From Octopus sinensis (Eukaryota): a DNA stretch of 64,000 nt. Below are positions 26,196 to 40,279 of the stretch, one piece after another; positions within the stretch are counted from its first letter, which is position 1; the number at the start of each line of letters is the position of its first letter. The position numbers and the translations under genes were made by a program. The notes under the pieces are model-generated. The model was given only the letters and a program-made list of their open reading frames with translations. It did not search any database and had not been told where the DNA came from. The stretch covers positions 162,502,001 to 162,566,000 of the forward strand of contig NC_042997.1 in assembly GCF_006345805.1 (NCBI RefSeq), in the 5' to 3' direction.

Positions 26196-28888
26196 ATATA
26201 TATATATATAAAATGTGCTGCAATGTTGTTTATGCCAATGACGAAAGAACAATAAATGTTGCAAAAGCCCAAGAAAGGAAAGCATTCATGTAAAATGCGA
26301 GTAGCGAAAAACAAATGAAATACATGATAAGAATTCCAGAAGTGACTGCATTATGGATTGTTTGTAGGCGAAAGGCATCATGAAAACGGTTAAACGAGGA
26401 CTGCCTGCATGTGAGTCTGAAGGTGTTTAATAAGCATCGCATAAAGTTGAACATTGCTATTTTGCGATATTTTTACGAAACACATGCAAGGTTTTTCATT
26501 ACACAAAATTAAACCACGTTTAGAAAGGCAAAATTGGTCCATCTCGTCTTGCTGTGTTTTCCGGTATACTAGTCGATGTTGTGTATATCATAAACATTAA
26601 AACATCGTCACATTTCCCTCCCAAACCCTGCAGCATTTCGTACAGTATTGTAAGTCCTCCAAAGTCATCTTGGTATATAAGTTGACTTGCCTTTTTGAGC
26701 TGTAAATTTTGGTCTGAAAAAGTCGACTCCTATGCCAAAAGATACGGAATAGGTTTCCAAGTAATGAAACCATAGAGTCATTGTTAAGTGAATTAGTTGA
26801 TAATTCTTCTTACAAGGTCAACGTTATATCAAGAAAAAATAAAATAGGTAAATTGTACAAAAATACAAAGGAATGACTTTAAACAAACCTAGAAAAACAT
26901 CACGAAGTAATTTTCTAACTCAACTGAGTGATTTTATATGTATTTCAGTTATATAGAGACTAACTTAGCTTCTGAAAATTGATTTCGACTTGAGTTCAAG
27001 AATTTGGACGAGGTAATAAACAGAATGTCAAATTTGCCATTAAAACATCAAACAGGTATTTTTCGGGAAATAATATGGTTTATGACGAAGCTAAAATTAA
27101 TGAGCTGTCATGTCTATTTGCTATCCTAGGTAGAAGCCCGTTGTATGTATGTATGTATGTATGTATGTATGAATGTATGTATGTATGTATGTATGTATGT
27201 ATGTATGTATATTTACTTTTGTGTCTTTTTGCTTGTCTGTCGCCATCGTTTGACAACCATTGTTGGTTTGTTTACGTTCCCGTAACTTAATGGTTCTGCA
27301 AAAGGTATAGAATAAGTACCAGACTTAAAAATAAGTACAGGAGTCCATTTCTTCGACCTTTTAAGGCAGTGCTCCAACATGGCCACAGTGCAATGACTGA
27401 AACAAGTAAAAGATGAAAAATATAGATATCATCAGTTGCAGTTTCAGGAGTTGCAGTTTCAAATGTGCCTTCATGCAATGTGTCTGAGAGTGAATATAGG
27501 TTTTCTGCGAAAACTTCTTTGAGTAGTTGTACTGAATCCGTCACCGATGGGCATCGAGATAAACGACTTCTTGATAGTTACTAGTCGGTCATATTTCTTT
27601 TCTGATTCTATTTCGTGGTTAACAGAATACTAGACATTCGTTTCCATGCAACGTTAATAAGAAGGTAATATTTCTCTCAAAATTACTTGAGTTACCTTGA
27701 GACGAAATTTCACGTCGAACGTTACACGAAAATACTTTTTATCGCGGATTGCTTGTAAGAAAAGAAATGTGCTATCATATGGCTTATTGAGCTGTGTTTG
27801 AATAGCTGAAAGTGGAAATATAAACCACAGAAACTAGAAATATGTTCATAGAAATACGCTATAAACTAGAAATATGTCTTCCAAAGTTTTCTTCACACAA
27901 GTAAAAAGTCTTCCAAAGTTTTCTTCACACAAGTAAAAATCTAAGAAATAGTTTTGTTTTCAGGAAAATTATAAGTGTATCAGTGGAAGTAACCAGTTTT
28001 GATTAGATGAATTAAGTTCAAATTGTAATATTGTTGTAACATTTCTTGGGTGAAAAAGTATAAAACTGTTGTAGTATTTCGTAGGTTAGTAAGACTTGAA
28101 ACCTTTGTAATACTTCACGGTTGAATGAAGGTGAAACTATAGTAACGCTTCATGTGAATGAAGACCTAAGTGTCAAAATGTTTATAGATGAATTAGGGTA
28201 AACTCTCGTAATACTTCATAGGCGAATAGGGGTCGAAGTGTTGAATAAGTGAATATGGTTAAATTGTGGTAACATTTCATAGATAATGGTTCCAAATTTT
28301 AGCATAGGGCCAGCAGTTTTTGAGGCAAAGGTGAGTCGATTATATCAACCTCAACGCTTAACTGGTACTTATTTTATCAACCCCGAAAGCAAATAATACT
28401 TTACACACAAAATAGTAATGACGTCAGTGCATCCTCACCCATAGAGAAATCTCCTGCACTTCCTCTAAGTAAACGAACGGAACGTTGAACATTAATATAG
28501 ATAGTAACGGTAGAAAATTTCTTACTAAAACAATTAGAAATCTATTAAGGATTTTATGCTCAACTTTATGAATTACCCTCCCACCATATTCTCAACTTAT
28601 CTAAAGCCAAACTAGGAAGAATCAGGAAAACACATTAGATAACTTCAACCACAATAACCAGAAAAGCTTTGGATTAGCACCTTGAAATAATAATTCCACA
28701 GTTATCAGTTGATTAGTGATGGCATGTGGCTTAATGTTTAGAGTGTTGGACTCATGATCGTAAGATTATGGTTTCGTTTCCTCAGCTGGCTGATGCGTTG
28801 TGTTCTTGAGCAAAACATTTCATTTCACGTTGTTCCAGTCCACTCAGCTGGCAAAAATGAGTGGCCTTCCGTACAGGAGGTGAACATA

Positions 28889-29044
28889 CAGTTGTGGCCA
28901 AAAGTTTGGAACATTTTTTTAAAAATCAAAATTGTTACGCTCAAGTACAATTCAATTCAAATATATACAACGTCAATATTTGAGCACTTAATATAAAAAT
29001 TCTAATTTCCAGACCTATGTTCCAAACTTTTGGGCACGAGTGTG
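28889..29044. mobile_element. Tc1-like MITE
   Basis: TIRs gtggccaaaagtttggaaca / tgttccaaacttttgggcac; TA flanks. Confidence 0.65.
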
Positions 29045-29779
29045 TACTCCTCGGAAAGCGGGAAACCGACCCTATGAGTCTGTGTGATTTATACACATGT
29101 GAGAAAAACAAGAATTCACAATCATCCAGTTTTATATAATTACCTAATACTTAAAAGGATTTTCTCTAGATATCACACAATTCCTCTCTCCCAGCTGACA
29201 ACGATATACAAACAAAAATGTACTCCAGGAAACTGGTATTTTTCTCTAACGACAGTATAAGGATTTTTAAAAAAACAGCACAGTACCATTTGATGTTAGT
29301 GTGAGAGACAAAGATTTAGCAGAAATTTCAAATTTCACTGGATTTTTTGTTATCTTTTACTGGTTTCAGTCATTGAACTGCAGACATGCTGAGGCATTGT
29401 CTTGAAAGGTTTACCTGAATAAATCGATACCTGTAATTATCTTTTAAGTCTGGTACTTATTCGATCGGTGTCGTTGGTCGAACTGCTAAGTTACGAGAAC
29501 ATAAATCAACAGCGATTGTCAAGCGATTGTGATGGGACAAACATATACACAAACACACAGACACACACCTATATAAACGTATATATATATATATATATTT
29601 GTGTGTGTGTGTAACGGGCTTCCGCATAGATTCCGTCAAGCAATACATTCACGTGGGATTGGCCGACCGGTACTATAGCTCAGGACATTTGTCGAAGGTG
29701 CCACGCAACAGGATCGAACCTGAATTATGTGGCTGCAAAGCGAGTTTTTCAATCACACGCCCATGCCTGCACCTACATC

Positions 29780-30900
<1,121 letters not shown>

Positions 30901-32881
30901 ATCTGGTTTTTAACCAATATCAATTTACTCATATTATTAAATATAAACTCGATAGAACACCACAAATCCTGAAACACGGATACAAAACATTGAATTAACA
31001 CATAGAATTGATTTCTTTTTTCCAGTCCTCACATAAACAGGAATTTTCTTAAATACCATACAGCATACCAACAGCATAATCTGAAATCCAAACGGAATAC
31101 GATATTTCTTTTCTTTTTCTTTTTTTTTCCCTTTCCTCCTCAATCAATATTTCCCATCCGAACTAGTAATAACACCAGAGATATTTTCCCCAGTACTGAT
31201 ATATCCTGCACTGCACCAAATAAAATGACGTTCAATCATTCAACATATAAAACTGTTTTTTTTTCTTCTTCCAAAGAATTGTTCATTTTGTAAGTCCACA
31301 GAGGAAATAATTGAACAATATTTTCTTTTCTTTTTTTCTTTCTTCCTACCACAAGCAATAATTCATTTCTGATCTAGTAATACCACTGGATTGACCCCAA
31401 CCCCCTTTACAGTGATCTCTTACACCTTTTCCAATTAAATGTTCATACTTTCATTCACATCTGACAGTTTCTTCTCCCAGCTACCTTCTTTTCAGAAACA
31501 CACACACACACAAGCATTCGTCTTCTTTCTTTTTGACAAATCCACATATCAACTGCCACAATACCATTTCTACAGAAATACAGGTCTTAGACATATAAAG
31601 ACCGTTGCCGGTCAAAATGAATCATGCATCTGCTACATGTTTTTTTGAGAAAGATTTGTAATTGCCTATATAGGTAAGTCTCTTCTCTTCACGCTACTGA
31701 TTTTACCTTAGAGAAAAATCACCGATATAGCCTGGCATCAGTATCATCACAGGTGTTGTTATCAGAACGCAAAGAGCTGGAACGGATACTGCTAGGCATT
31801 TTGCTTAAATCTCGAACAGTTCTGCGAACCCATCGCCCATAATTGATATTTTTTAATCGAACCCAAAAAGATGAATGGTAAATCGATCTTGACGTCAATC
31901 CAACGAGTTAATAACCCTACTAAATCACAATAAACACAGATGCTCATACATATACGTCAGAACATGTACACACACAGACACAAACACACACGCACGCGCA
32001 CACATACACACACACACATACACACACACACACACACTTTAAATTTAATTTTGCGAAAAGATTATATAGATTTATATAGATTTCCCTTTATATATATTTC
32101 GCTTATATAGATTTCTCTTGCAGTGGCCTCGCCTGTAATTATTTCAACATTGTTTACAAGTAGAAGAGCAACTTGTTCTGTCCTTAAACTGCTATCCAAC
32201 TTCACACACACAACAAAATCTCTGAGTGTAATACTGGCAAAAGATCTGGACAGAGGTTCGGAAGTAGACCGAGCCGAAAGTTTGAGATCAGCACTCAATG
32301 TCTCACAGCTTTGCATTTGAGGACTTGGTCGAACCTGAGAGAATGTCAGACATAACACTAGCTTTCTGGCGATTTCAGGCAAATTCTGCCAGTCATCCCA
32401 AAGAGTACATCTACTAATGAGCTGAGTATGTGCTTTAAAGAATCCTTTATTGGGAGACGAGAGAAAAGAACTTTCATCTTCCTGCTAACATGACAGTTTC
32501 ACTCAGAGATGTTCCAACATTTTTTCTTTACTTCATTTGGGAGCTATGGTCAATGACTGGTTGATACTGAGAGTGAAGAATTCAAAATTCAATAAAAAGG
32601 AAAATAAAAGGAAAACAGAAAACAGTAAAATACAGAACAGCCAACAAGCGCAAGCATTGCTCTGGGCGCAAGCATGGCCATGTGGCTCGGAAGTTCGCTT
32701 TGGAGCTACGTTGTTTCGAGTTCAGTCTCACTGCACGATACCTTGGGCAAGTGTTTTCTATTATAGTCCTGGGCTGACCAATGCCTTGTGAGGGAATTTG
32801 GTTGATGGAAGCAGTGTGGAATTTTGTCGTCATTTCTCTCACTCTGTATCTCTCTCTCTCTGTCCCTCCCTATAGTCCAAT

Positions 32882-35800
32882 AATGAAGGGGACTAGAAAA
32901 GGTAGCCTAAAGAAAGCCTGCCCTACACCGTCTTTCCAGTTTACCGCAGCTGGCAAACTTACCCATTTGCGGTCGATTCCAACTGAAAAAGAAACTCATC
33001 ATTGGGACGTAGAACGTACGTATCCTTCTAGACCGTGACAATGTTTCAAGGCCCCAGAGAAGGAGAACCTACTACATCGACATTACTGCCTTGAGTGAAA
33101 CCAGACTGACCGAAGAAGGATCGGTGACCGAATCCAACGGATACACCTTTTTCTGAAAAGGAAAGGCATAGAACGAAGACTGCATCCACAGGATTGGACT
33201 TGCCATCAGGACAAAACTCCTCAAACAGATTCCCGATCTCCCGACTGGTGTCAATGACAATGAAAGGCTAATGAAGATTCGCCTCTCCATCAGCAACAGT
33301 CGGTTCATCACTATCATCAGTGCCTACGCTCCCACCATGATATCCACGGAGAAGAGTCTAGGAGCAGTTCTACACCGACCTGGACACTCTTCTACGCACC
33401 ACGTCTGTCACTGACAAGCTCATCCTACTAGGTGGTTTCAATGCCAGAGTTGGCAGCGACAGCAACGAATGGAGGGGAGCGATCGGGAAGCCCTGTGTAG
33501 ACAAAATGAATAGCAACGGACTTCTCCTGCTGAGCAAATGTGCAGAACATGAACTGCTCATCACAAATACAGTCTTTAGGCAGGCTGATAAATACAAGAA
33601 CACGTGGATGCACCCCCGATCCAAACATTGGCATCTCATAGATTACATCATCGCCCGTCAATGAGACAGTAGTGACGTCCTGACCACCAGGGCAATGCGC
33701 GGCACAGACCACCGCCTTGTTCCAGCCAAGCTCAACATTCGCATAGTCCCCCACCGCCACAAGCGCACCAAGCTCATCAAGCAGGCCTTCATCACAGCAA
33801 GACTCCAGTCTACTCAATACGAGCGGAACTTCTAGAACAGCCCTGATGAAAGACCCAATACAGCAGGTCTGCTTACTGGTGGACCAGAGGAAAAATGGAA
33901 CCAGTTCAAAGAAGCGGGCACTGAGACAGCCAAAGCAGTCATTGGCTCCAAGAGAAGATATCATTAAGACTAGTTTGAAGAAAACAATGAAGCCATAGAA
34001 GCCCTGCTGATTGAGAAGAGAGCTGCCTACATCAACTGGCAGAACTATCCCAGCTGTGTCTCACGACGCGATAAGTTCAAGGAATGCAAGGCCAAAGTTC
34101 AGCGTGAACTCTGCACCATGCAAGATGCTTGGTAAGATAAGAAGGCTGACGAAGTGCAGTTCTACGCCGACACAAACAACTCCAAGCAGTTGTTTGACGC
34201 CATCAAAGCCATCTACGGGTCTTCAAGTAGAGGATTGGCATCCTTACTCTCTGCTGAAGGCTCTATCATCATCAAAGACAAGAAAGGTCTTAGCGCAAGG
34301 TGGCAGGAACACTTAAGCCAGCTCCTCAACTACCTTTCCATCGTCGACCAAACAGCCCTACAGCAGATCGCCCAGAAGCCAATCCAGGAGGATCTGAACC
34401 ACCCGCCTAACGAAGGAGCACAGACAGCCATCAACAGATGACCTGCGACAAAGCACCAGGAAGGGATGAGATATCTACTGAGCTGTTCAAGTCGCTCGAA
34501 CCTACAGCCTTTAACACCTACCATGACATCCTCTTGACCATCTGGGACCAGGAAGACATACTCAAATATCTGCGAGATGCCACCATAGTCGCTCTATATA
34601 AGAACAAAGGAGCCAAGGCATACTGTAGCAACTACAGAGGGATCTTCCTAGGCAAGATCCTCGCCTGCATCCTTCTTAACAAACTCATCGCCAACAACTC
34701 CCAGAGCAACCTGCCTGAGACCCAGTGTGGTTTCCGACCTGGTTGCAGCACCATAGACATGGTGTTTGCTGTGAGACAAGTGCAGGAGAAGTGCATTGAG
34801 CAGCAGATGGACCTGTACACTGTGTTCGTTGACCTAACCAAGGCGTTTGTCACAGTCAACTGGAAAAACTTATTGATCATCCTCAGCAAGCTGGGTTGCC
34901 TACAAAAATTCACAACTCTAATCAAGTTCTTCCACAACATGAAGGGATAAGTCCTTTGTAACGGAGACTACACGAACTCCTTCAACATCTTTAATGGAAT
35001 CAGAGTTGTGTCCTTGCCCCAGTGCTCTCCAGCTTGTTCTTCACGCAGGTCCTCCTCCACGCTACGAAGAACCTTGACCTTGGCGTGTACATCATGTACC
35101 GAAGTGATGGCTCCGTATTCGACCTCCGCCGCCTGTCTGCCAAAACAAGGACCAGGGAAAAGCTCATCCTCGATCATCGTCAACTGCTTCACCGAAGCAC
35201 CCAGACTCTTTGACCTGACCATCAGCCTTGGAAAGACGGAGGTCCTGCTCCAGGCAGCCCCGAATTCAACAAAAACCTTAGCCAGCAATCACCATTGATG
35301 GATTTGAGCAGAACTGTGTCGAAAGCTTCAGGTACCTAGGCAGCACTATTTCTGCAGATGGTTCACTGGATAAAGAGATCACATCAAGGATCCAGAAAGC
35401 CAGCCAAGCATTCGGTAGACTCAGGGTTAAAATACTACTACAGAAAGGCATGCGGCTATCCACGAAACTCAAGATATACAAAGCTGTAGTTCTCTACACG
35501 CTGCTGTATGGATGTGAGACGGCACATGAAGCTGTTGGAACAGTTCCATACAAGATAACTACGCACAATCATGGGCATCTGCTGTCAGGACAAAGTATCC
35601 AATCAAGAAGTTCTAGGCAGTGCAGAGTCCACAAGCATCGAGGCACTTCTGCCCAAAGCTCAGTTACGTTGGATTGGCCACGGCATCAGAATGAGCGACC
35701 ACCGCATCTCCAGACACCTAATGTACGGTGAGCTGAAGGAAGGCACAAAGCAACAGGGAAGACCAAAGTTGAAGTATAAGGACACCCTAAAGGAAAACCT

Positions 35801-36090
35801 AAAGTGTTGTGACATCCAGCCTGGAAAATCTCGAGACCGCAGCCACAAACAGGGATTCCTGTAGGTCAATCACCAACACTGCTGCAGCTGCCTTTGAGAA
35901 GGATAGCCGGCTATGCCTCGCAGACACAAGAGACAGACATTACTGGGTCACATCCTCCTCAGTCCTTAACACAGATTATCAGTGTCCAACCTGCGGGCGC
36001 TGTGTGCTTCCGGCTGCGGAGCCACGAGCGTTCTCACTACTGACTGCTGAGACCACAGACTATGTCTTCATCGGAGATCGATGGACTACC
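32882..36090 (+). mobile_element. Decayed RTE/BovB-like LINE with many stops and frameshifts
   Basis: Fragments LIIGT*NVR, NYRGI, QCGFRPG, VDLTKAF, FRYLGS, YKAVVLYTLLYGCE, LRWIGH, C-terminal CPTC finger; RTE-type 3' end. Confidence 0.9.
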
Positions 36091-36479
36091 AAGATTTGGG
36101 CAGGGGAATGGCAAACTCAAGAGTCCGGAAAATTTATACTAGCCTCTTACAGAATAATAGAAACCATAAGTGTCTTTAAGAGCGTGCCGTCCTAGTCTCC
36201 AAAATGAAATTTCAGAATACAAACTACAATCATTCGGCATAAAACTTCAAAGCCAATATTTCCCAAAGTTTCCTGAAAAAAATTCAAGGGTTCCAAGGAA
36301 TAAGATGTCATTTAATAGGTATTTGTTCTCTTTTTTTTTTTTTGTGAGGGGAAGTGCTCATTTTCAAAATAGCAAGTAATTACAAGTTGTTTTTGTCATT
36401 TGTTCAAAAGAATTAATTTCTCTCACGAAAGCAAATGTTTCATTTAGAATTTGACGCCAAAATTTGTCCTCAAATACAG

Positions 36480-37400
36480 ATGAATTTCGCAGCTTCATCG
36501 GCGAGGTACTCCGCGCGATGGCTGAACCTGATGTGGCCTAGGAACTGGAGCTAGCTCTTGTCGATTGGACTGCTAAAGGCCTTGCCGTCCCCCAGCAAAG
36601 AGATGTCCAGCGTAATTGGGTCAATATCAGATGCAAATCTGCCCTCGGGCGGAATGAGATATCCTTAGATCAGCGTCACCTCGCCTGCCACCGTTCCGCC
36701 TTGCAGCCCCAAATCAGCGTATGGCTCAATTCGGTACCCTTCTCGTCTACCGGTATCCTTTTTTAATGATGACTGCCCTCGTATCGAAGTGACCCAGCGC
36801 TTCGTTCTCCGTGTGTGTGAGCTGCACAAATGACGTTGTGGATGGTAGTCGATGAATTCGGCCTGCATCCATTATTCTGCATCTTTAGCGTGGACTGGTT
36901 TCCTTGACACGCTGCTCTGAATAACATAATTAAAAGAGACCTCGACGCGGCTGGCTTCCCATCTCAACTGGAGCCAGTAAGTGTCGACCGCGGACCGTTA
37001 GTAGCCTGATGGAATAACCTCCTTCCTGTGCGCGCGACAGATCCCCGATCTAAGACGCGGCGTGCAGCGACACGTTCTACGGCTCTAACCTTGCTACATC
37101 GGACGCAAAGCTTAGTATCGCCGCCCGTAACGCAGAAGTGAGAAAAATAAATAAATATAGGAGGCTGACCAGCTGCTATCAGTTTCTACCGATCGCTATC
37201 GAAACCTCGAGTGTGTTTCGCACAGCCGATTTCCTCTGCAAAATCACGAGGTGGGGTGGATGCTGCAGCGAGCATTGCTGGCAATTCTCCGCGACAGCAC
37301 CATCGCGGTCGTGTCCACAGTGCGCGGCTGAACACGCCATTTGTTCCGGGGGTGTACCCGACCCCACAATCTTCTGCTGCTTAATCTCACTAGTTGCTTT
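36480..37400 (+). mobile_element. Decayed CRE-like non-LTR retrotransposon C-terminus (zinc knuckle + restriction-like endonuclease)
   Basis: Frame fragments WLNSVP, RCG..VDEFGLHPLFC, HAALNNIIKR, LEP, PDGIT, AEVRKINKY, QFLPIAIET. Confidence 0.72.
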
Positions 37401-37693
37401 TTTTTATGCTTGTTTCCTTGTAATTAAATTGTGTTTTAATTTTTATGTAGCTATCACGGATTTCAAGCCCTGAAACAAGATTTCAGAACCAAAATAAATT
37501 GAATGATTCTTCTACGCATATCAGCCTTCTTTCTATTTATTTATCTGCATAATTACATGTCAGTGCTCAACACCAATGAAAACTTTGTTTCCTCATAATG
37601 TTATACTGTTTTTAACTGCATATATTTTTTGGCACACCTACACAAGTGGGCCGAGGTAAAGGATATGGACCGCACCCCCTTTCGGTTATTTTT

Positions 37694-38334
37694 GGTGGGG
37701 TTTTCGGTAAATTTCTGTATTAACACCCGCACGATTTTCAATAAGAAAAAAAAACTCGGATTTTTTGCGTAGAATCAAGTACCCTGACCTCCAAATATGA
37801 ATTCCTGTAACCTAATATGCTACAAAACTCTTTTTGGGGTCAGAAAAACGGGGTGAGGTGGTGAAAACCTCGGAAATTTCACCCCACCCCACCTCATTGA
37901 TCTTTTCACCCGCACGAATAAAATGAGAGGTGCGGACCCCCTCACCCTTTTTTCCGAACCAAAATAAGAATTTACAGCATATCAGGTCAGGGTACTTGAT
38001 TCCGCGCCTAAAAAATCCTATTTTTTTTCCTTAGTGAAAATCGTGCGAGTGAAAAGATCAATGGGATTGGGGGTGGGGAAATTTCCGAGGCTTCCATCTC
38101 ACCCCATCACGTTTTTCGGACCCCTAAAAGAGTTTTGTAGCATATTAGGAAGTCACAGGAATTCATTCAACGAAAAAAAAAAATTTTCCGAAACAAAATA
38201 AGGGATTTACAGCATATTAGGAGGTCAGGGTACTTGATTCCACGCAAAAATCCGAAGTTTTTTTTGTTTTTTCTTTGTGAAAATCGTGCAGGTGTTAATA
38301 CAGAAATTTACTGGATTTTCTATAAAAACCCACC
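37694..38334. repeat. Foldback/MITE-like element with nested inverted repeats
   Basis: About 37694-37792 is inverted against 38220-38334, and about 37797-37918 against 38040-38167. Confidence 0.75.
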
Positions 38335-38811
38335 TTTTCGACTGCGGAGATTCTGAATCTACGAAAAAATCAGCATTTCGAAATTTCAATTTTTCAAAAA
38401 GAAAAAAAAAACACCCCTCTCTTCCTAATAAAATAGCAAACGTAAAATGTATCTAAACAGAAAACTCGACATGCTAGAAACAGCAGCCAAACAACGAGTC
38501 ACATTTTCAAAATTTTAATTTCCCCCACCCTCTTTTTGTTTTTCTTTGCCAGAGAGGGGGAAAATTAAAATTTTGAAAACGTGTTTTGGGGGTTTTCAAA
38601 ATCATCAATTTTTAAGTACGCTCCAACCGGAAAGTCCAACTAGCTAAAAACATCAGCCAGATAGTGTAGATTATGATTATATTGGAATTCGTTATGAAAA
38701 TGTTCGTTGTTGGGTGTGTTGAGAAGTTTCGAAAAATTTACACGATTTGGCTTTGTTTCCTCATAACTTGCAGAAAATTGGGTATTATTAGGATTACATT
38801 GGAATTTAATA

Positions 38812-39325
38812 TCTATATATATAAAACTGTAGTTGTGTGAGTGTCTGTCCCCTTCGATTTAGATTCCTAACTACTCCCACATTTTGCGGTGCAGTTTAAC
38901 CAAATTCGGGTATCTTATAGTCGTGATTCATATCGAGCCCGTCTGGCTATTAGCGCGCGTCTACGATGAGTCTACGATTTAAAAAATAATTTAACATCAT
39001 TTTTTATTCCATTTTAATGCATAATTTTTCGTGTGTCGATGGCGGCGGAGTTGGCGTCCATGGTCACACCTGCACCTGTTTGCTTCTCCCCCTTCTTTCC
39101 TCCCTCGTGAAGCTGTGGGGAAGGGAGTGTAAGGAAATCAACGTCGTAAAGCGTTGTCAAGGAGACCAGCGTTCTTTTAGAACAACGACTTCATGGCTTG
39201 AAGACACCAAAAATAGAAATGACTAAGAAAGCCCGAATTGGCATCTATAAGGGAAGTAACTCTCTAAAAATGCTTATATAGTTATTTCCCTTACAAACCC
39301 GAGCAACGCCGGGCGATACTGCTAG
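38812..39325 (+). mobile_element. Non-autonomous Helitron
   Basis: 5' TC(TATATATATAAAA); 3' hairpin cccgagcaacgccggg then CTAG; inserted between host A and T; no TSD. Confidence 0.85.
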
Positions 39326-40233
39326 TTGAATATAAAATTATAGGCGCGCACACATATACACTAACACACCAGAATTTCTTCAAACTTCCAAGTTTCATTT
39401 TGTAGATTTGACGGGTGTCACTATATATGTGTGCGACAACCAACTTAAAAAAAAAATTTCATTAAATTCTAATATATTGTAATCTACACCATCTGAAGCC
39501 TATGTGTAGAAAATTTCATTAAAAAAATTATCCATTTTTCTGAAAGTTATGAGGAAATAAAATCGGGGGTAGGGCACAATTGTGGAGGTATGACGTATTT
39601 TCACACACGCAAAGGAATCAGTCAAATTATTTTCCATTTTGAAAATGTTTCTAATTCGGGGTTTAAACTCCAGGATACTCGAAGACTGGTAAGCGAGACG
39701 CTGTGATATGAACTCACGCCAATAAATTCATAAGCTGATATTTTATTCACGGTTAATCAGTAAGTTTTAAAATGCAATTATATAAACCTGTATTCTCTGA
39801 TAATCCAACAAGTACAAACTGAAACTTGGAAAGAAAGAACTTTTCTGTACCCAAGACGACCGTTAAGTTTACATCAAGTTTGTTTATATTTTTAAACAAG
39901 ATCGTCGTTTTATCCCCGGAGTTGCATTTTACTGAAACTAATCAAAATAAAATTCTGAACATAATATTCATCTAAATATTTAAATATTCCAAAAGGAATA
40001 TTTAAATTGTATATTTTTTGTTTAAGCGTTATATGATTTAAATTATCTGTAATTCTATAATACGAAGCTATGACTTGAAATAAACTATATCAAAGCGCCA
40101 GTTTACGAACTATAATGGCAAGTTGCGACAGGTTGTTGATAATGTTGCTATGACTAAAATAATCAACTGAAATTTGTGATTTGTCGATTATATTCTGTAA
40201 ATATGCAATATTTGGATGTTTGCAGAAAGTGCG

Positions 40234-40279
40234 ATGGGCGAATATGGCACAGAAAACCTTCACCATCAAATCAAGATGG
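40234..40279 (+). CDS. TBC1D31: Probable TBC1D31 first coding exon (ATG at 40234, or ATG at 40276)
   Basis: Ends ...AAG ATG G|gtaatt. Phase 1 joins exon 54748 to give M(40276)AATQALKEK; an in-frame upstream ATG adds MGEYGTENLHHQIK. Assigned on splice-phase logic only. Confidence 0.45.

Noticed and set aside
27287-27560. Minus-strand ORF MTDSVQLLKEVF...
   Set aside because: Half of it is SINE sequence; no recognisable homology or clear splice pair
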